NCBI GenBank assembly: GCA_027459325.1
Contig: DAIDIO010000002.1
Coordinates: 1,951-65,950, forward strand
DNA length: 64,000 bases
Direction: 5' to 3'
Origin: Candidatus Saccharimonadota bacterium
GTDB lineage: Bacteria > Patescibacteriota > Saccharimonadia > Saccharimonadales > UBA4665
The notes below the pieces were generated by a model that saw only the letters and a list, made by a program, of their open reading frames with translations, ran no database searches and was not told the DNA's origin. Within the stretch, counting starts at the first letter, position 1; each line of letters begins with the position of its first letter. Below, in pieces: positions 10,110 through 18,650 of the stretch. Made by a program: the position numbers and the translations under genes.

Positions 10110-10424
10110 TTAATTAGGCTGAACGTTCATTGATAAATTATCATGCTTATAGCATATATTTCTGGCGTATGAAGAGCGTAGATCGTAGCAATTAAACGTC
10201 GATCCACTGGCGTTGATGAGTAAATTAACATCGTATTGCTCTTTGCCGAGTTGGTCTTGGGCCGAAGTTGCCGAACTGTCCGCCCGGCTGATTAAATTGT
10301 CGTAATGAAGGTGGTTTATAAAGTTCACAACTAACCCTGTTATTAGGCAGCAGGCGATCAATACAGTCAATCCAATAAAAACATATAATTGAGGGTGTTT
10401 GGGTGTCTTGCTGGTTTTTTTCAT
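10110..10424 (-). CDS. hypothetical single-TM protein
   Basis: Basic N-terminus followed by one TM helix. Confidence 0.4.
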   Translation of the reverse strand: MKKTSKTPKHPQLYVFIGLTVLIACCLITGLVVNFINHLHYDNLISRADSSATSAQDQLGKEQYDVNLLINASGSTFNCYDLRSSYARNICYKHDNLSMNVQPN

Positions 10425-10582
10425 GGCGGTCGTCTTGTAAGGATTAGATTATGAGTTTATGCTAGCACTTTTTTTAAAAATTAGTATGTAATCATTTAAA
10501 CCCTAACTGCAACTTTTACCTAAACCTTCGTGCAAGTTATTAAGCTAGCTCTAAGCTATACAGTTATAATATAATCATAAGC

Positions 10583-11686
10583 ATGTATACCTACCTGGTT
10601 GAAGAAAGTACAAAAATTACCCCCTCAACATTACTTTTAACACTTAGTCGCGACGAAAGCGAAAGACCCTTGGCATTCCAGCCCGGCCAATACGCCGCCA
10701 TCAGTTATGAGAAAAGAGGTAAACCTTCAGCTGCTCGGTGTTTTTCTATAGTCAGTTCACCGACAGACCAACATACCCTACAGTTTAGTATGCGTGTCCG
10801 GGGTAAGTTCACTAATGCGTTATCAAAGCTGAAACAGGGAGATGTTGTTGATGTCTATGGTCCTTTTGGAGGTTTTGTTTTTGATATGACGGTCGAAAAG
10901 AGGGCTGTATTTATTGCGGGCGGTATCGGCATTACGCCGTTTATGAGCATACTACGGTATCTTAGCGCCCTTAATGCAAGTAATGAAGTTACATTAATAT
11001 ATAGTTGCGCAACTCAAGATGATATACCATTTTTTGATGAATTAACCGCTATTGAGAAAGCACATCCGCATATTCAGGTGGTGTTCGTGATCGGAAAAGG
11101 TCCAACCGATAAACTTATACCCGAAAAGGTCCGGACCGGACATATTACACCTGAGCTTATTGATGAAATTACTAAGCAACACTATCAAGACCTGAGGTTC
11201 TTTTTATGTGGTCCGCCTATGTTTATGAAGCCTATGATTAAGGCCTTAGTGAAACGGGGAGCCAACAAGAGCGACATCTTAACCGAGGCATTTACTCAGT
11301 CCTCGCCAAAACAAACCAGCATATTACGTAGCTGGCCGGCCAATGTCTATGCTCTCGGTGCAATTAGTTTCGTATTCGGTAGTTTTTTAGTAATGGTAAG
11401 CGATTTACTTCAGGCTTTACCGCCGACAACAACCCTAAAACCAACAAAAAATGCACCATATCTGGTTACTAATGCCCGGGGCCAGCAGCTTGACCAGTTA
11501 GTTAATAGCATTCCGCCTTCACCGGATCTTATAACGGTACCGACGACACCTACGGCTAGTCAGTCCGCAAGTAGCGCTAGCACCAATACGGTTACTACCC
11601 AAACACAAACAATCGCACCCATCTATTCGGCACCAATTACTGTAGCTCCAACCTGTCATACCACGCCGTCGGGAAGGTGTATCTAG
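10583..11686 (+). CDS. FNR-like FAD/NAD(P)H oxidoreductase with C-terminal TM helix and Thr/Pro/Ser-rich tail
   Basis: Contains RCFS (RxYS-type FAD motif), GGIGITP (NAD(P)-binding) and LCGPP. A TM helix (VYALGAISFVFGSFLVMV) follows, then a T/P/S-rich tail ending CHTTPSGRC. Confidence 0.75.
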   Translation: MYTYLVEESTKITPSTLLLTLSRDESERPLAFQPGQYAAISYEKRGKPSAARCFSIVSSPTDQHTLQFSMRVRGKFTNALSKLKQGDVVDVYGPFGGFVFDMTVEKRAVFIAGGIGITPFMSILRYLSALNASNEVTLIYSCATQDDIPFFDELTAIEKAHPHIQVVFVIGKGPTDKLIPEKVRTGHITPELIDEITKQHYQDLRFFLCGPPMFMKPMIKALVKRGANKSDILTEAFTQSSPKQTSILRSWPANVYALGAISFVFGSFLVMVSDLLQALPPTTTLKPTKNAPYLVTNARGQQLDQLVNSIPPSPDLITVPTTPTASQSASSASTNTVTTQTQTIAPIYSAPITVAPTCHTTPSGRCI

Positions 11687-11698
11687 GAATAGAAAAAC

Positions 11699-12643
11699 AT
11701 GCAGTATTACCAAGAGAATATAGCCTTAGGCAGCAGAACTGGTTTAACGCTGGTTAGTAGTGGGTCGGCTTCTGATATTAATTCTGTATACCATGAGCTA
11801 TGGAAGGATATTTTCCGGTTTGAACGTCGCTTTAGTCGCTTCATACCCGATAGCGAGTTGTCAATGTTTAACAAAAACGCAGGCACCCGTCAGTTTATAA
11901 GTCCTGAATTTAAAAAACTTCTGGAGACAAGTGTGGCGTTGGCAAAGTTAACTAATAATCTTTATAATCCGTTTATTCTTCCAGCTCTTCAAGCGGCTGG
12001 CTATAAGCATTCGCGTGTACCGGGTTTTGAGAAGGATGAAGTAGATGATCATTCTCAAAAAGCTGTTACTACAATAGATAAGTTGAAGGTAGGAGAGGAC
12101 TGGGCGGTCATACCATACGGAACGGCAATTGATTTAGGGGGTTGCGGTAAAGGCTATCTAGCTGATATGTTAGCCCGCAAATTGCCAGATTTTGTCACTG
12201 GCTATTGGCTGTCTTTTGGTGGAGATATTGCTGCTGGCGGCTTAGACAATAACAGTTTGCCATGGCATGTTACTGTTGAAAGCGCCATCGATGAAAAACA
12301 AAGTATCTCTACTATCGTTGCCGAAGCTAAATGCGGTATTGCTACATCAGGAACGATTGTGCATGGCGGTAAACAGGCCGGCAACAAGTGGCATCATATA
12401 ATTGATCCTCGAACCAAACAGCCGGCAAAAACAGACGTATTACTTGCGACAGTCCATCATACATCGACTGTAGTGGCTGATGTGTTGGCGAGCTGTGCCG
12501 TTATATTAGGTAGCAGCGAGGCAATGCATTTTCTGAAAAAATATAAGGCAAAAACAGCAATCATTCAGTATATTGGTAAAAACGGTAAAATAGAAAATAT
12601 TCAGTATGGAGATACTTTGATTCCTGGAGTAGTATATGCGTAA
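11699..12643 (+). CDS. apbE: FAD:protein FMN transferase (ApbE family)
   Basis: Contains AIDLGGCGKGYLAD and HIIDPRTKQP motifs. No obvious signal peptide. Confidence 0.82.
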   Translation: MQYYQENIALGSRTGLTLVSSGSASDINSVYHELWKDIFRFERRFSRFIPDSELSMFNKNAGTRQFISPEFKKLLETSVALAKLTNNLYNPFILPALQAAGYKHSRVPGFEKDEVDDHSQKAVTTIDKLKVGEDWAVIPYGTAIDLGGCGKGYLADMLARKLPDFVTGYWLSFGGDIAAGGLDNNSLPWHVTVESAIDEKQSISTIVAEAKCGIATSGTIVHGGKQAGNKWHHIIDPRTKQPAKTDVLLATVHHTSTVVADVLASCAVILGSSEAMHFLKKYKAKTAIIQYIGKNGKIENIQYGDTLIPGVVYA

Positions 12644-13388
12644 AGTTTACTTATTCGGTATGATTATTGGTCTTATGTTGGTTGGTGGCAGTACGTTGCT
12701 GACTGAATCAGTATTTGCGGCTAGCCCTCAGCAGGCTACGAATCAAAGTCTTACGGCAGGTCAAGCTCCAGATATATTAATACAGCCCGTACAAGGGCCT
12801 AGTGTAACGAAGCAGCTTGAAGGCCGGGCAAAGTCGACTTGGCCTTGGTATATCACCAGGGCAGCCGGTATGGTGGCTGCCGTATCCTTAGTTTTCTTAA
12901 TGCTATCAGGCATTGGCTTTATTACTGGCGCTACTTTTCGTTTCTTGGAACCACTAACAGCTTGGGCTACACATAAAGCAATTGCGTATGTTTTCGGAGC
13001 ATCATTAGCCGTTCATGGCATAGCCTTGCTTTTTGACAAATTTGTACCCTTTAATGTCGCTCAAATACTGCTGCCGTTTTTATCTTCTTACCGGAAAGTA
13101 ACTATCGCCGGACACCATGTCGGGTCACTATACGTGGCCTTGGGGGTAATTGCATTTTATTTTGTCTTGGCTATCATAATCTCTTCAATTGTATGGATAG
13201 ATAAAAAACCACACACATGGAAGCTATTCCACTTTCTGGCATACCTAACTATGATATTTGTATTCTTTCACGCACTATACTTAGGAACTGATTTAAGTCA
13301 CGGAATACTGAGGGTAATATGGATAATCTTTGGGATTACTGTTGCGATTGCTATTTTATATCGGCTACGAAGATGGGGAAGAGCATAG
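12636..13388 (+). CDS. ferric-reductase-like (NOX/FRE/YedZ-type) bis-heme transmembrane protein
   Basis: Signal/TM segment followed by about 5 TM helices. Two intramembrane His pairs are spaced 14 apart (THK...VHG) and 13 apart (FHF...FHA). Confidence 0.6.
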   Translation: MRKVYLFGMIIGLMLVGGSTLLTESVFAASPQQATNQSLTAGQAPDILIQPVQGPSVTKQLEGRAKSTWPWYITRAAGMVAAVSLVFLMLSGIGFITGATFRFLEPLTAWATHKAIAYVFGASLAVHGIALLFDKFVPFNVAQILLPFLSSYRKVTIAGHHVGSLYVALGVIAFYFVLAIIISSIVWIDKKPHTWKLFHFLAYLTMIFVFFHALYLGTDLSHGILRVIWIIFGITVAIAILYRLRRWGRA

Positions 13389-14017
13389 TGATTAAGAATA
13401 AAGAACTGGCAACTATACGGGAACGTAATAAGCGTAAACGCTTGGCTGGGTGGCTATTTTTTTATTTGCTTCTAATCTTTCTTTTTATTTACTCATTTCA
13501 TGGCCAGACCAAAAAGGTGAATACTCTTAATTTTGCAAGCGGTAATTTACAACTTACTACATCAAAATCTAAATATACGGTTGGTGACACCATTAGCTAT
13601 ACACTAAAAAATGGTTTCAAGCAGCCCATAACTTTCATTAATAATTGCCCTAATGAACCTTTGTATGTTTACAGCTGGTCCAATAATAGCTGGGTGCGAA
13701 TACATGATACAGCCAATGCCAGCGCCTGTAATAATATCCCCAAACAACAAACCATTGCTGCCGGCTCGTCGTATACCCAGAACTTCAATAGTTGGCCCAA
13801 TCTATTCAATAAACCGGGAATTTACCGTATAGTTGGCTTCGCCAGTAATTATACTGAAATACCTTATGCTGATTTTAAAGTATTAGCCAAACCTGTTGCG
13901 CCAAAAGTCGTAACCCAGACGCAAGTTATCATTCAGAAGATAATAACCCCAATTTATGTTCCAGTGCCTAGTTCAGGCGGGGGGGATAGTGGAGGAGGCG
14001 GTGGCGGGGATCATTAA
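13373..14017 (+). CDS. hypothetical single-TM protein with extracytoplasmic beta-rich domain and Gly-rich C-terminus
   Basis: I prefer the internal ATG at 13373 (MGKSIV...) over the track start at 13319, which lies deep inside the preceding gene. One TM helix is present and the C-terminus reads GGGDSGGGGGGDH. Confidence 0.45.
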   Translation: MGKSIVIKNKELATIRERNKRKRLAGWLFFYLLLIFLFIYSFHGQTKKVNTLNFASGNLQLTTSKSKYTVGDTISYTLKNGFKQPITFINNCPNEPLYVYSWSNNSWVRIHDTANASACNNIPKQQTIAAGSSYTQNFNSWPNLFNKPGIYRIVGFASNYTEIPYADFKVLAKPVAPKVVTQTQVIIQKIITPIYVPVPSSGGGDSGGGGGGDH

Positions 14018-14082
14018 CCTTCTGGCATAGTTGGCTAAAAAATCCGTGTAACTGTTGAAGAAATGATTCCAATAAAATAAGC

Positions 14083-14484
14083 TTGACCGTTATGACATTT
14101 TATGCTAGTATACATAGCATGATTTACGATAAAAATAGACCAGGCCCACTCGGGGAAGCGATTGATCGCTTTGATACACCAGAAACAAATTTCTTAGATA
14201 AAAGAACAGGAAATTATCTAAGAGGATTAAATGTAAACGTAGAACGTGCTCGTCATCGTGGCAGGAATGCGCTGTTACTAGCGGGCGTATTAGTAGCCGG
14301 CGGTATCGGCATTAACGAGCTGGGTAGTGTTATGGCCAATGAGTCTATGCACGAACCGGGACAGACCTATCTAAAGTATCAGCAGGAGCAACAGCAAACT
14401 CAAAGTCTGCGAACAGAAGAAGTCAGTCGCCCTCAAGAAGAGCATGTTTTGGTACCGGTAACCACCAGTGGTTCAGCTAAATAA
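14083..14484 (+). CDS. hypothetical protein
   Basis: 133-aa ORF with one central hydrophobic helix. It starts at a non-ATG codon in the track. Confidence 0.3.
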   Translation: MTVMTFYASIHSMIYDKNRPGPLGEAIDRFDTPETNFLDKRTGNYLRGLNVNVERARHRGRNALLLAGVLVAGGIGINELGSVMANESMHEPGQTYLKYQQEQQQTQSLRTEEVSRPQEEHVLVPVTTSGSAK

Positions 14485-14508
14485 CTCGCTTAAGAACAAT
14501 TTACCTTT

Positions 14509-14539
14509 ATAGCGCCTACAATAATAACCTAGGCGCTAT
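14509..14539 (+). terminator. stem-loop downstream of 14083..14484
   Basis: ATAGCGCCT (14509-14517) pairs perfectly with AGGCGCTAT (14531-14539) around a 13-nt loop. The following T-tract is weak. Confidence 0.4.
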
Positions 14540-14623
14540 ATGTTGTGTATAACATGTTACCTCTGTAATACTTGTGGATAACTGGTGTCAGAAACACCAC
14601 CAATTGTAAGGTTTTTAACTTGC

Positions 14624-14661
14624 AGTGGGTTCTAGTGGGTAGTACACTCATGACAGTGGGT
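14624..14661 (+). promoter_or_regulatory. three direct AGTGGGT repeats, candidate MraZ operator
   Basis: AGTGGGT occurs at 14624-14630, 14634-14640 and 14655-14661, with start-to-start spacings of 10 and 21 nt. The repeats lie 70-107 nt upstream of mraZ. Confidence 0.55.
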
Positions 14662-14730
14662 AGAAATGGAACGGCAAAATAGCGTTACAGTTCGAAAAAT
14701 AAAAACCACTAGTAATTAACAAGGATACCA

Positions 14731-15090
14731 ATGGCCACGGTAGACTACTTTGAAAGAAAGCTTGACGACAAGCGGCGGTTAACTATTCCGCCGGAACTAC
14801 GCGACAAGTTTAAAAGCGGGGCAGTCGTAACACGTGGGTTTGGCCAGTATCTTCATCTTTACCCAAAAGATGTTTGGGATAACATGGTTGAACCAAGGCT
14901 TGATGGTGATATTCTTGACGAGCGCATAGCTGATCTGAACGTCCAGTTTAGAATGGGCAAGATAGATCAATCGCTAGATGGCAAGCAAGGACGCATCACC
15001 TTAGAGCAGCACTTACTTGATTACGCAGGGATCAAGAAGGACATTGTAGCCGTTGGTGTAGGTCGTTACTGGCGCATATTGCCTGCTTAA
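14731..15090 (+). CDS. mraZ: transcriptional regulator MraZ (short form)
   Basis: Two SpoVT/AbrB-like halves are present (LDDKRRLTIP and LDGKQGRITL). It heads the dcw cluster. Confidence 0.82.
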   Translation: MATVDYFERKLDDKRRLTIPPELRDKFKSGAVVTRGFGQYLHLYPKDVWDNMVEPRLDGDILDERIADLNVQFRMGKIDQSLDGKQGRITLEQHLLDYAGIKKDIVAVGVGRYWRILPA

Positions 15091-15275
15091 ATATTATTAA
15101 CAGTTCTTTAACAATTAAAACAAACAGCTAAAATTACCGAATAGAATGAACCTTCGAGTTTACCTATTCGGCAGTCAACAAGTGGAATCTCGGTAGCAAA
15201 CCACTCAAAAAAAACGCTTTGCACCTTACACAAAACACCTCCCAAAACTCCACCTCACACATAAGTCTCTCAATC

Positions 15276-15303
15276 TTGACGTAGCGAATCGTATTTATAC
15301 AAT
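15276..15303 (+). promoter_or_regulatory. candidate sigma70-type promoter for rsmH and downstream genes
   Basis: TTGACG (15276-15281), a 16-nt spacer, then TACAAT (15298-15303). Confidence 0.35.
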
Positions 15304-15364
15304 TTGCTGTGTCTCACTAAAAACAAAAACTATATAAAAAAACAAAAAGTTGACTGCTGATTAG

Positions 15365-16318
15365 GTGACCTTGCAAACAAAAATGCGAGAAAAGATGCAC
15401 CAAAACAAAAACCAAAATAAAAATAAACACGATCCGGTACTTCTAAACGAAGTCCTTCAATATCTTGACCCACGGCCAGGGGATAAATACCTTGATCTAA
15501 CGGCGGGATATGGCGGCCACGCGCTTATAGTAGCGGATAGGATTGGAAGCCTCAAACAAAGCGTATTAGTAGATCGTGATGAAAACGCGGTCAAGGAATT
15601 ACAAAAAATATTTCCAGCTGATACAGAGATACTACACACGGATTTCTTATCCGCTAGTAGTGAATTAAAAGACAGGGGACGACAGTTCGATGTTATTTTG
15701 GCGGATTTAGGCGTATCGTCACCGCACCTTAACGAAGGCTCACGTGGCTTTTCAATAAACAATTCCGGCCCGCTAGACATGCGTATGGATCAAAGCCAGC
15801 AACTCACTGCTGAAATTATAGTTAATAGCTATAACGAAGCCCAGCTGGTAGACATCCTAAGGCGCTATGGCGAGGAACCAAAAGCAAGGTCAGTGGCAAG
15901 GGCTATAATCAAGGCCCGGCCTATAAAAACAACTGATTTGCTTGCGGAAACGGTTAAAACCGTATGGCCTAAAAGGGGAAAGACGCACCCAGCAACTCGA
16001 ACCTTTCAGGCCTTACGGATAGCCGTTAATGACGAACTGGGATTGCTGGAGAAAAGCTTACCAATATGGCTTGAGTTGCTTAGTCCGGGAGGCCGGATAG
16101 CAATAATTAGCTTTCACAGTCTGGAGGACAGGCTTGTAAAGCAAGCACTCAAGCAAGTCAGTGGCAATCGGCTTGATGCCGACTTCATGCTGCTGACTAA
16201 AAGACCGATAACCGCGAGCCAAACTGAAATCGTCCATAATCCGCGTGCCCGCAGCGCAAAACTGCGAGCCGCAGCGAAAATAAAAAGGAAAGGGAACTTA
16301 CATGCCTATTCAGGTTAA
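15365..16318 (+). CDS. rsmH: 16S rRNA (cytosine1402-N4)-methyltransferase
   Basis: Contains HDPVLLNEV and DLGVSSPHL motifs. The exact start is uncertain (GTG 15365, or ATG 15383/15395), and the N-terminus is Asn/Lys/Gln-rich. Confidence 0.88.
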   Translation: MTLQTKMREKMHQNKNQNKNKHDPVLLNEVLQYLDPRPGDKYLDLTAGYGGHALIVADRIGSLKQSVLVDRDENAVKELQKIFPADTEILHTDFLSASSELKDRGRQFDVILADLGVSSPHLNEGSRGFSINNSGPLDMRMDQSQQLTAEIIVNSYNEAQLVDILRRYGEEPKARSVARAIIKARPIKTTDLLAETVKTVWPKRGKTHPATRTFQALRIAVNDELGLLEKSLPIWLELLSPGGRIAIISFHSLEDRLVKQALKQVSGNRLDADFMLLTKRPITASQTEIVHNPRARSAKLRAAAKIKRKGNLHAYSG

Positions 16319-16423
16319 AAGTAGCTCCCGAGCTTATAAGATCCACGTAAAAGTGGTTTAAGATAAGCGACCAGCCCTGGAGTTTCTTCAGGGCTGGGTA
16401 AATAAAAACAAAAAAGGAAAAAT

Positions 16424-16771
16424 ATGACATATTCAAGTTCGCTAGCCATGAACCGTAGCCGGTTTGTTGGCCGCAACCAGAATACGGTGACATATCGGAC
16501 TCAAGCTAAAACGCTGGGACCGGTGTCGAACGCTATCATTCTGATTGTTTTAGCATGCCTACTTGGCATGTTTTATCTGGCGCAGGTTACAAAAACTAAT
16601 GCGTTTGGTTATCAAATCAATAACTTACAACAAACACAGACCAGCTTAGCGGCTGAGCATAGTAATTTGGAAGTCCAATCAGCAAGATTACAGGCTGTCA
16701 GTCGAGTACAGAACAGCAGCGTTGCTAAAGCTATGACTCCCGTTTCGCCATCTGGCGTTGTTTCTAACTAA
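16424..16771 (+). CDS. ftsL: FtsL-like cell division protein
   Basis: 115 aa with one TM helix and a coiled-coil. It lies between rsmH and ftsI. Confidence 0.55.
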   Translation: MTYSSSLAMNRSRFVGRNQNTVTYRTQAKTLGPVSNAIILIVLACLLGMFYLAQVTKTNAFGYQINNLQQTQTSLAAEHSNLEVQSARLQAVSRVQNSSVAKAMTPVSPSGVVSN

Positions 16772-16835
16772 ATCGACTCGCTTTCACGGAATAAAGCGGG
16801 TCTTTTTAGGGTGAAACGTTTATAATATTAGATGA

Positions 16836-18617
16836 ATGGACGATAACAAAAACCATGAGGGCGCTTCAAATAAAAGAGTTCGCGTTTGGTACGGACTACT
16901 AGTCTTGGTGCTATGCGTATGCGTATTGCAGTTGTTTAACGTCGAGGTTATCCATTATCAGCATTACAAAGCGGCGGCTTTAAGTGATCAACTTGAACAG
17001 TATCAAATCCCCGCTACCAGGGGGCTTATAGAGGCTCAGGAGGGCAATTCAATTGTTCCAATAGTTCTCAATCAAAAACTATATACACTTTACGCCGACC
17101 CTCCACTAATAAAAGATGTTCCTAAAACTGCAGCTAAGATTGCGGCAATAACCGGAGCCAATGTCAATAATTATGAGATGCTTATGAGAACTAAAAACAC
17201 TCAATACGTGATTTTGGCACATAAAATTAGCTCTTCCCAGAATTCGAAGATTTTAGCCTTACAATTTCCGGGTATCGGCAGCCAGGGGCAAGACTACCGA
17301 ACCTATCCTAACGGTTCGCTAGCTTCACAGCTGCTCGGATTTGTTAATAATTCCGGAGTTGGTGAGTATGGACTGGAACAAGCACTTAATAAACAACTTG
17401 CCGGAACGCCAGGGAAACTAAAAGCCATAACCGACGCAAATGGAGTTCCGCTGGCAGCTAGCAGAGGTAATATAGACATTCAGCCGACAAATGGACAGAA
17501 TGTTGTTACTACCATCAATCTAGGTATGCAGGCGCAGCTTGAGCAGATACTGTCTAGTGAGTATAAGACTACCAAGTCTCAGGGGCTTAGTGCCATAATT
17601 ATGGATCCATATACCGGGCAAGTTAAAGCTATGGCCAATTATCCATCCTATGATCCGTCTAATTATGAAAACGTTAGCGACCCGAGCCTATTTCAGAATG
17701 CCGCCGTAGATAATCCTATTGAGCCGGGTTCGACTATGAAAACACTGACAACTGCGGCCGCTCTTAATCTTGGAGCGATTACGCCTAATGAATCTTTCTA
17801 TGATCCTGCACACTGGGTTATAGACGGTTTTAATATTACAGACATTGAACAAGATGGCGGTGCGAGGGAGCAGAATATAGCCAGTATCTTAGCTTTGTCA
17901 CTCAATACTGGGGCAACATGGATGTTGATGCAAATGAGTAACCCAGGTGGCACAACTATCAATGATAAAGGTATAAATGCCTGGCACAATTACATGGTTT
18001 CACATTTTCGGCTTGGCCAACCGACAGGAATCGAACAGGGCTATGAGGCTAGTGGTTTCGTTCCGCCGGCTAATTTAAATGACCCGAGTATTGATCTTCG
18101 TTATGCCAATACGGCATTTGGACAAGGTGTTAGCTTGACTGCTCTGCAGGAGCTAGCAGCCTTCAATAGCGTTATTAATGGGGGGACTTATTATAAGCCA
18201 ACTCTAGTCTCGAAGTTTATTTCACCAAATGGTAAAACCACCAACAATAACCCTAAGATTTTAGAAAAAAATGTCGTTTCATCTAAAATTGCACCCGAAG
18301 AAATACCACTACTCGAAAACGTAGTTACTACCTACTTGCACGAAGGCTTTGGTTTTATGAATTTTCCGTCCAACTATATTGTTGGCGGTAAAACCGGTAC
18401 GGCTCAAGTTGCACGACCGACCGGCGGCTACTATAACAATATCTTTAACGGTACATATATCGGATTTGTTGGGGGTGATAAACCCCAGTACACCATAGTT
18501 GTCTATAATATAAAGCCAAATGTTCCGGGTTATGCCGGATCTTATGGGTCTCAACCGGTTTTCGCAGATATTGCTCATATGTTAATTAATGATGGAGATG
18601 TAACGCCAAAGAACTAA
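16836..18617 (+). CDS. ftsI: class B penicillin-binding protein / peptidoglycan D,D-transpeptidase FtsI
   Basis: N-terminal TM helix plus the STMK (SxxK), SLN (SxN) and KTGT motifs. Confidence 0.9.
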   Translation: MDDNKNHEGASNKRVRVWYGLLVLVLCVCVLQLFNVEVIHYQHYKAAALSDQLEQYQIPATRGLIEAQEGNSIVPIVLNQKLYTLYADPPLIKDVPKTAAKIAAITGANVNNYEMLMRTKNTQYVILAHKISSSQNSKILALQFPGIGSQGQDYRTYPNGSLASQLLGFVNNSGVGEYGLEQALNKQLAGTPGKLKAITDANGVPLAASRGNIDIQPTNGQNVVTTINLGMQAQLEQILSSEYKTTKSQGLSAIIMDPYTGQVKAMANYPSYDPSNYENVSDPSLFQNAAVDNPIEPGSTMKTLTTAAALNLGAITPNESFYDPAHWVIDGFNITDIEQDGGAREQNIASILALSLNTGATWMLMQMSNPGGTTINDKGINAWHNYMVSHFRLGQPTGIEQGYEASGFVPPANLNDPSIDLRYANTAFGQGVSLTALQELAAFNSVINGGTYYKPTLVSKFISPNGKTTNNNPKILEKNVVSSKIAPEEIPLLENVVTTYLHEGFGFMNFPSNYIVGGKTGTAQVARPTGGYYNNIFNGTYIGFVGGDKPQYTIVVYNIKPNVPGYAGSYGSQPVFADIAHMLINDGDVTPKN

Positions 18618-18650
18618 TGAGATGGTATAATAAACCGAAAATAACACTTT

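Noticed and set aside
14573-14581. Perfect DnaA boxes (TGTGGATAA here and TTATCCACA at 61777-61785) as evidence for a replication origin.
   Set aside because: These are two isolated 9-mers. About 0.5 would be expected by chance in 128 kb of two-strand sequence. There is no cluster of boxes, no AT-rich unwinding element adjacent and no dnaA or dnaN nearby.
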